Made by a program: the position numbers and the translations under genes. From NCBI GenBank assembly GCA_910592345.1, contig CAJVPI010000256.1:1-38527 (forward strand): a stretch of DNA of 38,527 bases. Reading direction: 5' to 3'. The notes under the pieces are model-generated. The model did not search any database. It was given only the letters and a program-made list of their open reading frames with translations, and was not told the DNA's origin. Source of the DNA: Paraglomus brasilianum. Lineage: Eukaryota. This document shows, piece after piece, positions 1 to 10,981 of the stretch; within the stretch, counting starts at the first letter, position 1, and each line of letters starts with the position of its first letter.

Positions 1-1102
1 CTTCTAATAGTGCTGTAATTCTTGGGTTCCATGGTGGATTTAATGTAAATTAGTTTCATATTAATATTTTTATATATTAATATAGAGGTAATCCTATATT
101 TATCACATTATGATTTATATTCCTCACATTCTGGTATGATAAAGGGAAGATTAAAATTAACAAGTCTATAAATTATGTCTGAGCCACAGTTGTGCCACTA
201 AAGCAATCTCTTTCCAAATGTCACATTGATTTTTTAGTCATTATTTATGTCACATGACAGAATGTTCACTTTGTCTGGTTTTGTTGCAGTCTGCCCCATA
301 TAATGTCCATATAATACTTTCCCTATGGGCTTGTTATTTACGCCCCCTGCCAAATGTCCTAAATATAAAATACGTATGACAATTCTTTTCTTTGTATTTT
401 ATTGTTATCTATTGGTAGGTAATATCGATAAATTAGTGATTTATAACAATTTCTACATATAAGAACATATGTATGTATATGTAAATGTATTATCTCATCA
501 GATGGCAATGGGTGATTTTTTTCTAAAAATACATCGTATATGCGCTCTAATTTGACCGTAATCAATAGAACGCATAATTATAATATCATCAATTAATACT
601 TCTAACGATTATTTATGTTCACATCTTCATATGTCTATGTTATCCTAGGTGTAGCACAAATCAACATTAGACTAAGGGCCTTATCAAATTTGGAATTATT
701 GCCTTAAATAGGCAGGGGCATCAGGGAATTACCCTACTGTGAGGGGCATTGACTGTATTGGAAATTGTTTATTTTTCACATGAAGTTTTGCGTTCTTTTA
801 TTGTCTACACCTTTATTTTTCACATGAACCACACGAATTTTTACTGTCATCAAAGCTGTTGAGAAGGCTGCGATATACTGTGATTACAAATAACAGTCGT
901 GCCGAGCCGCTTTTCTATCAACAATTGCTTTGCACATTGCCTTGCCTCTTGTAATCCTTTTTGGGGCGACGGTACGATTGGAGGCGTGGATTTTGCTCTT
1001 TGCATAATTCCTGTACACGTTTTGCGACCAGTGATTTAGCTGTCGTTTGTTTTCGTAGACCAGGGATTATAGGAATGTGTCAAATCATCAGATCGAATCC
1101 AA

Positions 1103-1187
1103 GACGTATAGAAGTTCACTAATACGTCGTTTGTTATAACAAGTAGACCATTCTCCATTTCAAATCTTCACTAAATGGACGACCCAC
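1103..1187 (-). mobile_element. Relic of the N-terminal HTH region of an IS630/Tc1-like transposase
   Basis: Minus strand reads (V)GRPFSEDLKWRMVYL, then after a frameshift YNKRRISELLYV. This resembles the start of fungal IS630/Tc1-type transposases (RPxSxDLKWRIVY...GYSxxxISxxLYVS). No DDE domain follows. Confidence 0.55.
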
Positions 1188-1222
1188 ACCTATATGACAA
1201 CATTTATTGGGATAACAATACT

Positions 1223-1319
1223 TGTAATCATTTTGTAATCGCCTGTAATCACATAATAATCGCCTGTAATCGTTCTGTAATCGCTTTGTAATCGCTTTGT
1301 AATCAGCCTTGTAATCTCG
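1223..1319. repeat. Array of about 9 TGTAATC cores at 10-12 bp spacing
   Basis: TGTAATC at about 1223, 1234, 1244, 1265, 1276, 1287, 1298 and 1310, plus a degenerate copy near 1255. It lies just upstream of the transposase relic on the minus strand. Confidence 0.85.
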
Positions 1320-1680
1320 TACTTTCTTTCCCTTTACGTAGGAAGCTGTAACTTGGCAGTCAGGTTTCCGTAAGCCAGATAACGGTTGTGCTTTCTTAGC
1401 TGGAAGAGTTGACTTTGACTGCACCTCTATAATCTTCTGAAACATAGTATCTTCGTTTTTTTTTTGGTCCCGTATATCGATTATTGTTATTATTATGCCA
1501 ACTTCATTAGGTCACACAACATGTTATTGATCACACCACACACTGTCAACCAATAGTCAAGCATACACGGGTATCGATATATTGCCTAGTGTAACACATT
1601 ACATATGATCGGAATGAATTTTAACTATTTTAAGAAGCGTAGTCATCGTAACAATTATGTATTGTCTATTAATAAAATTT

Positions 1681-2003
1681 CACATCGAGGTTACACTATC
1701 GCTTTTAACCATTACCGTATAATGGCAGAATTTCGACCACATAGAGATTACACTATGTTGTGGCTTCGATCACACCACATTGAGATTACTATCGCTTCTT
1801 ATGTTGTGGCTTCGATCACACCACATCGAGATTACACTATCGCTTCTTATGTTGTGGCTTCGATCACACCACATCGAGATTACCCTATCGCTTCTTATTA
1901 TTAACGTAGTTATGGCGTCGATCACACCACATCGAGATACACTATTGTTACTTTTTTATTATTAAACGATTACCATAACACCACATCGAGATTACAGATC
2001 GCT
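1681..2003 (+). repeat. Degenerate 48-bp tandem repeat (minisatellite), about 7 copies
   Basis: Unit CACATCGAGATTACACTATCGCTTCTTATGTTGTGGCTTCGATCACAC. Copies start near 1681, 1738, 1776, 1822, 1870, 1928 and 1982; the central ones are near-perfect and the flanking ones carry indels. Confidence 0.9.
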
Positions 2004-3031
2004 GCTTGCATAATTTGATCATAAATATTATACACCAATATATAGGTAATATAGATATCGTAGATTTAAACTGTTTTTTATTTTCAAAAAGTATGTCAAG
2101 AAAGAAAGTGGGCGTATACATAACGAATTTGTCAGGTGAGTATCCAAAGCATACACTGCTCCGCATAAAAAATACGTATAAAATAAACCTCATTCCACCT
2201 CAAATGAAATTATGAGGAATCTACTACTACTTTGCATCTGTCGAAATGAAATGGATAGAATAGAGGAATGAGATTGACCCCCAACTTTACTGTATGAAGC
2301 TAACCATTTGGAGCGAAAATCAGCTTAATACGGACTAGCACAAAAAAAGACCAATTGTTGACAAAATGAGATCAGCTGACATACGAAAACATGGAAGCAA
2401 AAATATAATAATGTTAACATTTAAATATTATTTTAAGAAAAGGGCTAAATAAAACAACCAGGATAACTCCTCACTGTTCAAAAAATTATATATAATTATA
2501 TATAACAGAAGCAACGGCCGATGGCTGAGTGCTCTCATAAAAAACGAGACACTTTTGCCATTTATCGTATATTGTGCCCGCGCTCAAACAGCCGCTGGCT
2601 ATACGAGGCGTTGCTCGCACGTAAGCTGAAACAAGACACAATTAGGAAATATTAGAACAACATGGTGATAGAATTGGAGAAGAAAAGTAGCGTTGGAGCG
2701 AAGGCAATATTCGGAGGAATACGTCTAATGTTTACAAATATAAACGCTATATGGACAATTCATACGTTTATGTTGCAGGAAAAAATTTTATGCGGTATAC
2801 AAAATTATATACACCAACATTTGTATATATTACATTAAACTAATACAAATCAATAATATTGCGTACATTTATCATTTACATAAATACTCAAAGGATAAGT
2901 GACAACTAAAAAATTTTATTAATTGGCGATCGGTTTCTCTACCACACAATCTGCAACAAAACACATTCACCAATATATTTGACCGAATAAAGAGCTGCTG
3001 AAGTACGAGTCGTCTTTAAGTGAGCAACACA

Positions 3032-5297
3032 ATGACCACTTTAACACCGCTCTTCAAACTATCAATCGAGATAATTTATTGTATATTCGATTATTTGACA
3101 AGCACTGAACAATTGGAATTTGCTTTATCACGTTCAAGTATATACCGCGTGTTTAGAATTTATTATTTGGGTTTTTATTCACCGAAGTGGGAAGAAGTTC
3201 AATGGACGACAGATTTAAATAAAAAGAATTGGTCCACCGGAGAGACTATTTCAATAACCACAACCACAAAAATTACGACTCAACAACAACACCGTACTCC
3301 GAACTACTCGCCACTACAACCACCTCTCTCTCCTCCACCACAAACCTACCGCACTACAGTTCTTCTAGGCAACAAGCTCTATATTCCGTTTTTATCTCCA
3401 AACTTGCCATATTGTTACGTTCTATGTCTTTCCGGTTCAACTTCACAGTGGATTCCGTGTCCGCTTTCTATACACCCAGCCTCCGACTTACTCTATATAC
3501 CACTTTTAAATACTGCTGCAACAGTTTCAAATAAGAAGATATACTTGTTTGGTGGAGAAACTTATAGCGGGAATGTCAGCAACATATTATATGAAATAAA
3601 CGTTGAAAAAATGGAGATTAAAGTTGTTGAAGCAGAAGGAATAATTCCGGGAGGAAGGTGCATGCACACTATCAAAGCCGTAGCCGAGAAGTGGCTGGCA
3701 GTTTTTGGGGGTCGACGTATAGCATATGAGAATAATGGGGATGATGGTAAGTATTAGTATATAGATTAAGCACACGTCAAACGTAGTACAAAAAGCCCAA
3801 AAAGCCGGCGCGGTTGAGAAAAGATAAGTTTGTTGCAAACTCGGCTCCTCAGATATATAGTAAACACTGGTGAGTAGGGCTACATTTCAGCTTAAGTATA
3901 CTTTATTATTGCGGTATACTAACGTGTGTATGTCAAATTTATGTTACCAGCTTTTTTCATACCCTTTCTATAGCTATACCTGTACTTTCCGTTAGCCTTC
4001 TCAACGCCTTTATTTCTCCTCTTTTACTATTTCGCACATTTTAGAACCGATATATTACGACACGAAAGATCTCTATCTATTCTACATCCCATATGCAACA
4101 TGGATTTTTCCTACAACATTGTATTCGACGCCATATCCACGATCGTATCCCGCCTGTGCTGCTGTCGATTCAGCATTATACATATACGGCGGACAGCAAT
4201 TAATATTTACGACTGGATCTAGACGGTATGGACCATAGTGATGGGCATAAATAAAGAGGGGAAGCCGTATCATATGGGTTAGCTGATCGATCAAAAACTA
4301 GTGTAATACTAATTTTGTTGTTATTTTGATTACAATTATAAGAGAAGGCGACGACCACAAAGAATTGAATGCATCTTTTAGCAAGGTTGAAAGCGCCGCC
4401 TGTGAAAGTAGAAGATACTTAAAAGATAGCGTACACGATGATGAGAATTTATGGTGTTTTCGAATTCATGATTTCCGGCCAGATTTATCTTCCTCTGTCA
4501 TGTTCAAAACTTCCCAAAAGTTAGGAACATTGCATTCGGGCACTATAAACGATGCAACCGCGACGACAAGCATAAATTCAAATTTTCCGGCTTCGGAACA
4601 ACCTTCTCGTGCTCATTCATCCGTCCCCTTTTGGGAAAAACACATATCGCCGCGTGCAAATAGCTTTTTTTCCGGAAGGCGACAAGAGTGGGTTATGACG
4701 AGGGGAGAATCTGTGGGAAGATGTTGTGGCGCAGCAATGGTAGGAACGGCAAAGAAGTTAATTCTCTTTGGTGGATGGGATAAAGATCGATGGAACTTAG
4801 AGGAGAATACGTACGAGGCCAAAAAGAAATGTGACAGTTTTATAAGTGGGTCAGAATTTGCAAATCGATCAAGTGATTCAAAAGAGATTAACAATGGTAG
4901 CTTGGAAAATACTGGATCACTCAATACTTCCCGCAACATGCAATCACGTGAACTATCTCAATCATCTCACCAAGCGTTGCAATATTCCCGGATGAATCAA
5001 TCCCTGTATTTTACGCAGCATCAATCACAGTCTCAACCTACATCTCATTTATGCTTGCCTTTATTCAACGATTCTTCCCCAAAAGGTACGTATAACACAA
5101 CCAGACCTTGGGAATTTCTCAGAATTTACCTATTGGAGAGGAATTACTGGATACATTTACGTGTCAAGGGCTTGCCCGAAATGGAATGTGTGGCGTTTCT
5201 ATCTGACAATTCTACTCATTCGAATGGTTTGTTCGTTGTAGGCCGAACGAGGGATGCAAGCAATCGTATTATTATGGGATGGATTAAGGATGAATGA
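3032..5297 (+). CDS. F-box and Kelch-repeat protein (about 616 aa, 3 exons)
   Basis: Exons 3032-3746, 4045-4225 and 4343-5297 with GT-AG introns in compatible phase (1851 nt in total). N-terminal F-box-like LFKLSIEIIYCIFDYL. Kelch motifs KIYLFGGE, GRCMHT...LAVFGG, PRSYPACAAVDSALYIYGGQ and GRCCGAAMV...LILFGGW. Confidence 0.85.
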
Positions 5298-5639
5298 TTT
5301 AAGTATATTACTGTGAAGGCGAATTCGATAACTTGTTTAAAGTTGTCAATAGGTCCCCGGATGACGAAAGAACCTCAAATGTATGGCTGAAATAGCACTC
5401 AAAAATATGTCGAAGTTGGCATTTCTATGATTTGTCGATTTATTCCTAATTTGTTCACTGTGAGCAGACAGTCATCAGTACTATTGGAAATTTATGTCAA
5501 GCTGTATTATTATTCTTTTATTACTGACATCATACGAGTTGTACTTTGAATATTAATAAGCATAGTTTATACACAATTCACTATTCGCCCTAATGAGAGT
5601 TCCTATTAACAAACAAGCCTTCTGACAATGAATTATAAA

Positions 5640-5980
5640 TTAAGAAACTCGCAGCGTACATATTCCGACAAATACTTCGCCATTGACCTTTCAAGTATAA
5701 TCAATCATACGACATACCGATCAGCGGTATACATTCTTATCATGTTATCCGTGGCGTTTACTACTATTAATAAAGTTTATCAACTAAATGATAATCTCCT
5801 CGTACAATGGTATAATAGGGAATAATTTTTGATTCAATGGTAGATTCATTTAGGCATCGAATACTTCCAATGTTTATAAAGAGACTTCTCAATTCTATCC
5901 TCATAGAAGGCGTCAAGGCATCAAGCGACAAGAATTCATACGTAAAATTGTGATTTGCCGGGTCGATCACTCTGTGAACA
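5640..5980 (-). mobile_element. Decayed non-LTR (LINE) reverse-transcriptase fragment
   Basis: Minus-strand DPANHNFTYEFL...LRSLFINI...ESKIIPYY..RGD resembles the LINE RT start (APGPD.I..E.L...L..LFN.I.....W.ES.IIPIYK.GD). Stops follow. Confidence 0.45.
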
Positions 5981-6665
5981 CAAACAGAGCAATTGAAAAA
6001 CGATACAAAACTGGGCGTTGACAGGAAAACATCTTACAGAGGTAGCAATTGTTTGGGTATGGTATAGTCGGCGTAGAGTAGATCAATAAACGAGAGTACA
6101 AAGAACAGAGATTTTGAAAAGCTAAAGGTGGGTGATCGAAAGTATTTCACTTTCTTCTCGCACCCATTTCTTTTTTTTTTTTTTTCCTAACAACTCGACC
6201 ATATTAGATTTTGTTTGTGTTGTTACACAGCAATGTGCTGAATACATCAGTAAAATTTTTTTCGAAGCATGCAAGTTCGAAGATAAATCAATGTATGCAT
6301 GCTGCATAAAAGACAATGATTGGAAATATGCCTTTGATTCAATTGTATAATATTGTAATCAAACGTTCCTTAGTATTAATAGCTTGTCATGTAAATTGTT
6401 ATATTTACTTGTAGTTAACAAAATAGTATGCTTATAGCATGTTTTGTTCATTTGAGTTGCCATCTACATTCAATAATAGTGATTAGAATACAGTTTCTAT
6501 GAACACTGATAGTCACGGGTTTGCACAGCCTTATTTTTGTTTATTGCACTAACATAACATGTACTACATAGTTAAGAAACAAAACCGAGACGAAAATTTC
6601 TTTGCGGCGCAAATGTAATTAGCATTAAAGTCTATTCACTATCACAAGCTTACTCCAACTTAGAA

Positions 6666-6702
6666 TCTGAATAAACTTGGATTCTGAATAAACTTGGATT
6701 CT
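6666..6702 (+). repeat. 17-bp tandem duplication
   Basis: TCTGAATAAACTTGGAT twice, followed by TCT. Confidence 0.9.
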
Positions 6703-7517
6703 ACATGTAACAAATATCGACAGTATGAGTGTTGGGAAGATAAAGACAAATAATGTCTCCGTTGGTATATTAAGATTAGGAATTACACCAAAATACAATA
6801 AATGTGTATATTAGCGGTCATTAAACCTATGTAATCCTTGTTAAACTCTGACTGTTTACTTGACGAGTAAAATTATAACGTGAACTTGAGAAATAGCTTA
6901 TCAGTATTTATGAGTGCATTTGTGAAAAGATTATTTTATAGCTTGTAGAGAAATCACCTTGAAGAGCAACTTTTTATTGTAACAACATTCTAGTGCTATA
7001 CTGTCTTGTATGGGGGTGTTTGTCATTCTATTAAAATATTTTTATAACAACATTGTGAGAACAATATGCAATTTTCTCATTTACATAAATTTGACTAAAT
7101 ATTAATGGTTATAATAAAAATTTACCAAATAAAAGTTTAGTAGCATGTTTTAACATACTATTACTATTTCGCGTTTTTTAAACTATACTATACAATTAAA
7201 CTGTCTCTTGTTCTATATCCATTTAGGCTTTTACTAGCCCATGAGTAGCAGAAACATATACATGTATCCCTAAATTATATTAACTTGTGGAAATTCAAAG
7301 TTGCATTTTACATAAACCAAAAGACATTTGCTTTGCAGGGCTTAAGAACCATTCAAAGTACTCAGATTCAAGACACCTAACATTGAGAAAGGGAAATCTT
7401 TTCCAAGAAAAAAAAACCTATAGTAACAACCTAACTGGGTACTAACTGCTATTGCTTAGAAAATTTTCACACATTTACAGAACAAGTTAAACTCAATAGT
7501 TATATGCACGCGTGTAT

Positions 7518-7801
7518 TACGTGGGGTTCAAAAAGGGTTGACATAATAATAAGACGTATAAAAATTTTATTTATACAATAGATATTAATTCAACTATTAC
7601 AACAATTCAGCCTTTTACGCCAACTCTGAAAGCACTCAGAATACCCTTCTTGCAGTACAATATGCTATTGGTTATTAATTTTATAGTATAGGAGCTCTTG
7701 AATCTTCTCAAACACGTTCCACTGAGCCTTTTTTTGAATTTTGCAAATAGAAAATAATTGCACGGAGCCAGATTAGGACTATAAGAATGGTAGGGAAGCA
7801 A
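7518..7801 (-). mobile_element. 3' end of a mariner (DD34D-type) transposon: transposase C-terminus and terminal repeat
   Basis: LPYHSYSPNLAPCNYFLFAKFKKRLSG matches the mariner motif LPHPPYSPDLAPxDY/FxLFxxLKxxLxG. After a frameshift, EGYSECFQSWRKRLNCC matches the mariner C-terminus. The element ends in TA + CGTGGGGTTCAAAAAG (7518-7535, plus strand), a mariner-like TIR. The 5' part is missing. Confidence 0.8.
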
Positions 7802-8329
7802 TATGACTCGTTCTTCCCAAGGGTACTTGGTGATGACTTTTGACTAGATAGGCATGACTTTCTGAATATTTTCAATGCTAATATGGGGTTTAAGATTTTC
7901 AATAATATTAATGTTCGAAAGCGTAATGGTCTTCCCAAAATGGAGGATGCATCCTCATGCTTGATTGTCCGACTTCGAATACTACATTTGAATAGTGCTT
8001 TATTCCCTTCAACCGTGACTAGCTCTTTGTGATTGTCATCGGCCCCTTACCATTCCGCTTGCATACCCAAGATATCATTTTTGGTTTTCGCGAGTAAAAT
8101 TTTCCATCGTTGTTAATAGACAAGTTTTAAACAAAAAATTTTTTCTCGATAACCATCAAACTAAATTGAGTCCAACTTTTATCATTAATTGAGTGTGACT
8201 CAAGCTTTAATATAGTTATTTTACCCAAGCGAAGGTAATCAGAGGTTGCTGAGATAATTGCACTGTCAAAACTGCTGTAAAACCGGTCTCCAACGTCTTT
8301 CTTTTTTTTCATAGACAAAACAATATTGT

Positions 8330-8645
8330 GTACTTTTATCGAGGGATCTTTCCATATTCACTATGGATTGCTTTAGCTCGCTTATATTATTGAGCATTCT
8401 TTTTATCCACGTTATTTATCATAATAAACCACATGTTTCTAATGGATTAATATCTGGACTGTTGAATGACCATTCAGTTGCAATTTTTCTATTTGCAATA
8501 AACCTAGACGCGTACTTTTAGACGCCAGTTTCTACCATATAATTTCTAACAGATAGCAAAGGCAGGATTTACAGTGTTTTTGCATAGTAAAGTCCATCCA
8601 TTATGTCAGTAAAACAAAATAATTATAATGGTGTTTGCCCTTTAG
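8330..8645 (-). mobile_element. Decayed Tc1-type (DD34E) transposase catalytic region
   Basis: With stops and frameshifts: KGQTPL*LFCFTDIMDGLYY...LYGRNWRL...EWSFNSPDINPLE(N)MWFIMINNVDKK...NISEL, matching the Tc1 motif WPSNSPDLNPIENLW. Confidence 0.75.
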
Positions 8646-9299
8646 AGAGTTTTTTTTACGCTCGATAGAATCGCATTGTTTAAGCTACGAATATTATTTT
8701 CGACTGTATGCAGAGAAATATTAGCCTTTTTATGTATTTGGCTGAATGATATTATTATAACGAAGGTAGAAAATAATTTGCATTGGTTTCAAATTTTGAT
8801 TGAATTCTACAAAGGCAAACTTTTAATATTAGATTATAAAACTGGCAGTAATTATAATTACAAAAAAGTTTGTTGAAAAAAAAAAGTAAATAACATATTT
8901 TTAATAAAATATAAAGCAGTCATATAATTGTGCCAATCTATTATAAGTCACAAATATTGATTTGCAAATCATAATTTTTTTTGCAACACGTTGTAAGTAA
9001 ATCAACTTGTATAATAAATTAATTGTAAATCAGCATACATGCTAAAGTAAATATATACCTTGATATGATAAATAAATTGTTTGATATACTGTACATATGC
9101 AACGGCACGTTTATAAATCAGTATTAGTATTCAGAGAGTATTATCACTAAATGACAATTTGTCTTGTAATTTCTTGAAATTCACGTGTACGGCTGGTGGA
9201 TCCAATTCTAACTTATAAAATGGTTTGGAACTAAAGAATCCAAGCAAAAGAATTTACTCACTAAAGCGTAGAAAGTAAATACAGCGTAAAAAATTTTGT

Positions 9300-10570
9300 G
9301 ATTTAGCAGTGAAGTCCGGTTAACAAAGGTCGGCATGGCCTTTTAAGAACTCTTTCTGGAACGAGTCCATTATATACAAAAAAACTATTAAAAATCTGTA
9401 TAACGACATAACGAATCTGATAAGAAAAAAAACATCCAGTTGTGCGAATTTTCCAATTTGGCATAAAATGCGTGGTACATAATAATAACGAAATTTGGCA
9501 CAATAATACTATCTCGGGAGAACAGTATACAATAGATCAGTTCAATGAAATGTCAGTCAATGCAATCGACTGTGAGGAACCATAGAATTCTTCTACAGCA
9601 AGATTTAGATATTAATATAGATACTTATATAATCAGCTGAGACGGTTGCATAAACGAATTGTTGACAAAGCATGTCAAATACCAACAAAGTCTTCTGCTG
9701 CCTATAAAGAGTATTAATTTAATTAACATAATTGCAAAAATCCAGATACTGTATATTAATATGGCAACATAGACGGCTCTTTTTTTCAATTATATAATCA
9801 GGTTACTTTCTATTACCCGAATAAAAAGAAGTAAACACTTTGAAAATGGCACAAACCTCCCTATTAAAAACGCGATAAAATCGTAAAGCTCTTTGGAAGA
9901 AAATATTTACAATGCACAACATCAAACACAGAATGGAATTGCTTCTCAAAATGGTGCTTTAGTTTCCCCAACCTCTTAACATTATGTTCCGTGATAAAAG
10001 TTTTCTTAACAGAATTAATAACGCGTGAAATATGAATGTTCTTCCACATCCTATCCCAGCAAAGCCACCAGAATTTCATAGTCGCATGCATATGAATTTT
10101 TTCTTACGGTACAGTTAGAACATAAATACGCCTTTATGAAGCAACTGTTCTAAAATGTCTTTTAACATTAGTTGCGCATAGACGCGTAAGGTAAAGTTTC
10201 CTCTTCAAACCGAAGTTTAGGCTGTACTCAAGTAGGAAGCATGAACGAAAAAAAGAAGGGGGGGGGGTAATTCTTGTTAAATATGGAGTCTAAGCACTAA
10301 TCTAGGAACTTTACACACCGGGAATTGTATACTTAATTCGTTAGAATATTCAATACTGCTTCTCAGTATTAGTCTACCGTTATCCCTAATTATTTCCATC
10401 GTCTTTTCACGCTTCACAAATTCTTGAGTACTGATTCAAAAAAGCTAATCTGATTTTCCATTCCGCCAATAAGACGATGTTCGCTATGCTTTCCCTCAAC
10501 TATGCAAATTGATCAATCTTTCTCACTGCGTAATCACGCCAGAGTTAGTGTACGCTGCATGAAGAATAGA
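9300..10570 (+). mobile_element. Possible heavily decayed LINE RT region
   Basis: Scattered plus-strand fragments: NGIASQNGALVSPT/L.NIMF near 9930-9990 (compare GVPQGSVLSPxLFNI) and KLINLSHCVITPELVYAA near 10505-10560 (compare K..LY...I.P.L.Y). No YADD motif seen. Confidence 0.3.
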
Positions 10571-10981
10571 CAAAAGATGTCGTATGTTGGTTCGCGAAGC
10601 TCTACAACAGAATTACACAGGTGATGTCGAATGATGTTACAGGGATCGGAATGGGAATGGCCTTAAATACACAATGCACATACTTCATATTCGAGAATAA
10701 ATCAAATTTTTCCGCGCACTTGGCTCAAATGTCATTTATAGGAGTTAAGGGAACGAGCATTGAGATAGTTATTTCTCAAGCACAATAATTTAATAAACGT
10801 TGGCGCACTGAAGATTATCAATTGATATATTAATAGCAGAAGTAATTTTTATTTGACTTATCCATGTTTCAAGAAAAGTCTGCATCAGATATAATTACAA
10901 GTTCGAACATTCTAATTAACATATTGAATTATCATCAAATGAGTAACAAATCAAGAACATTAATTAACATAACACGGAATA

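Noticed and set aside
339..722. Short inverted pair CGCCCCCTGCC (341) / GGCAGGGGCA (711) as MITE ends
   Set aside because: Only about 10 bp of imperfect match and no clear target-site duplication.
1134..1965. ORFs 1134-1445, 1605-1904 and 1780-1965
   Set aside because: They are open mainly because they run through tandem repeats; only the end of 1134-1445 has transposase similarity.
1681..2003. CRISPR-like look of the repeated CACATCGAGATTACA motif with variable intervals
   Set aside because: The intervals are variants of one 48-bp unit rather than unique spacers; there are no cas genes and the context is eukaryotic.
3861..3869. Possible 9-nt in-frame microexon (TAG|TAAACACTG|GTGAGT) in intron 1 of the F-box/Kelch gene
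   Set aside because: The donor is good but the acceptor context is weak, and the protein reads correctly without it; it cannot be supported without RNA-seq.
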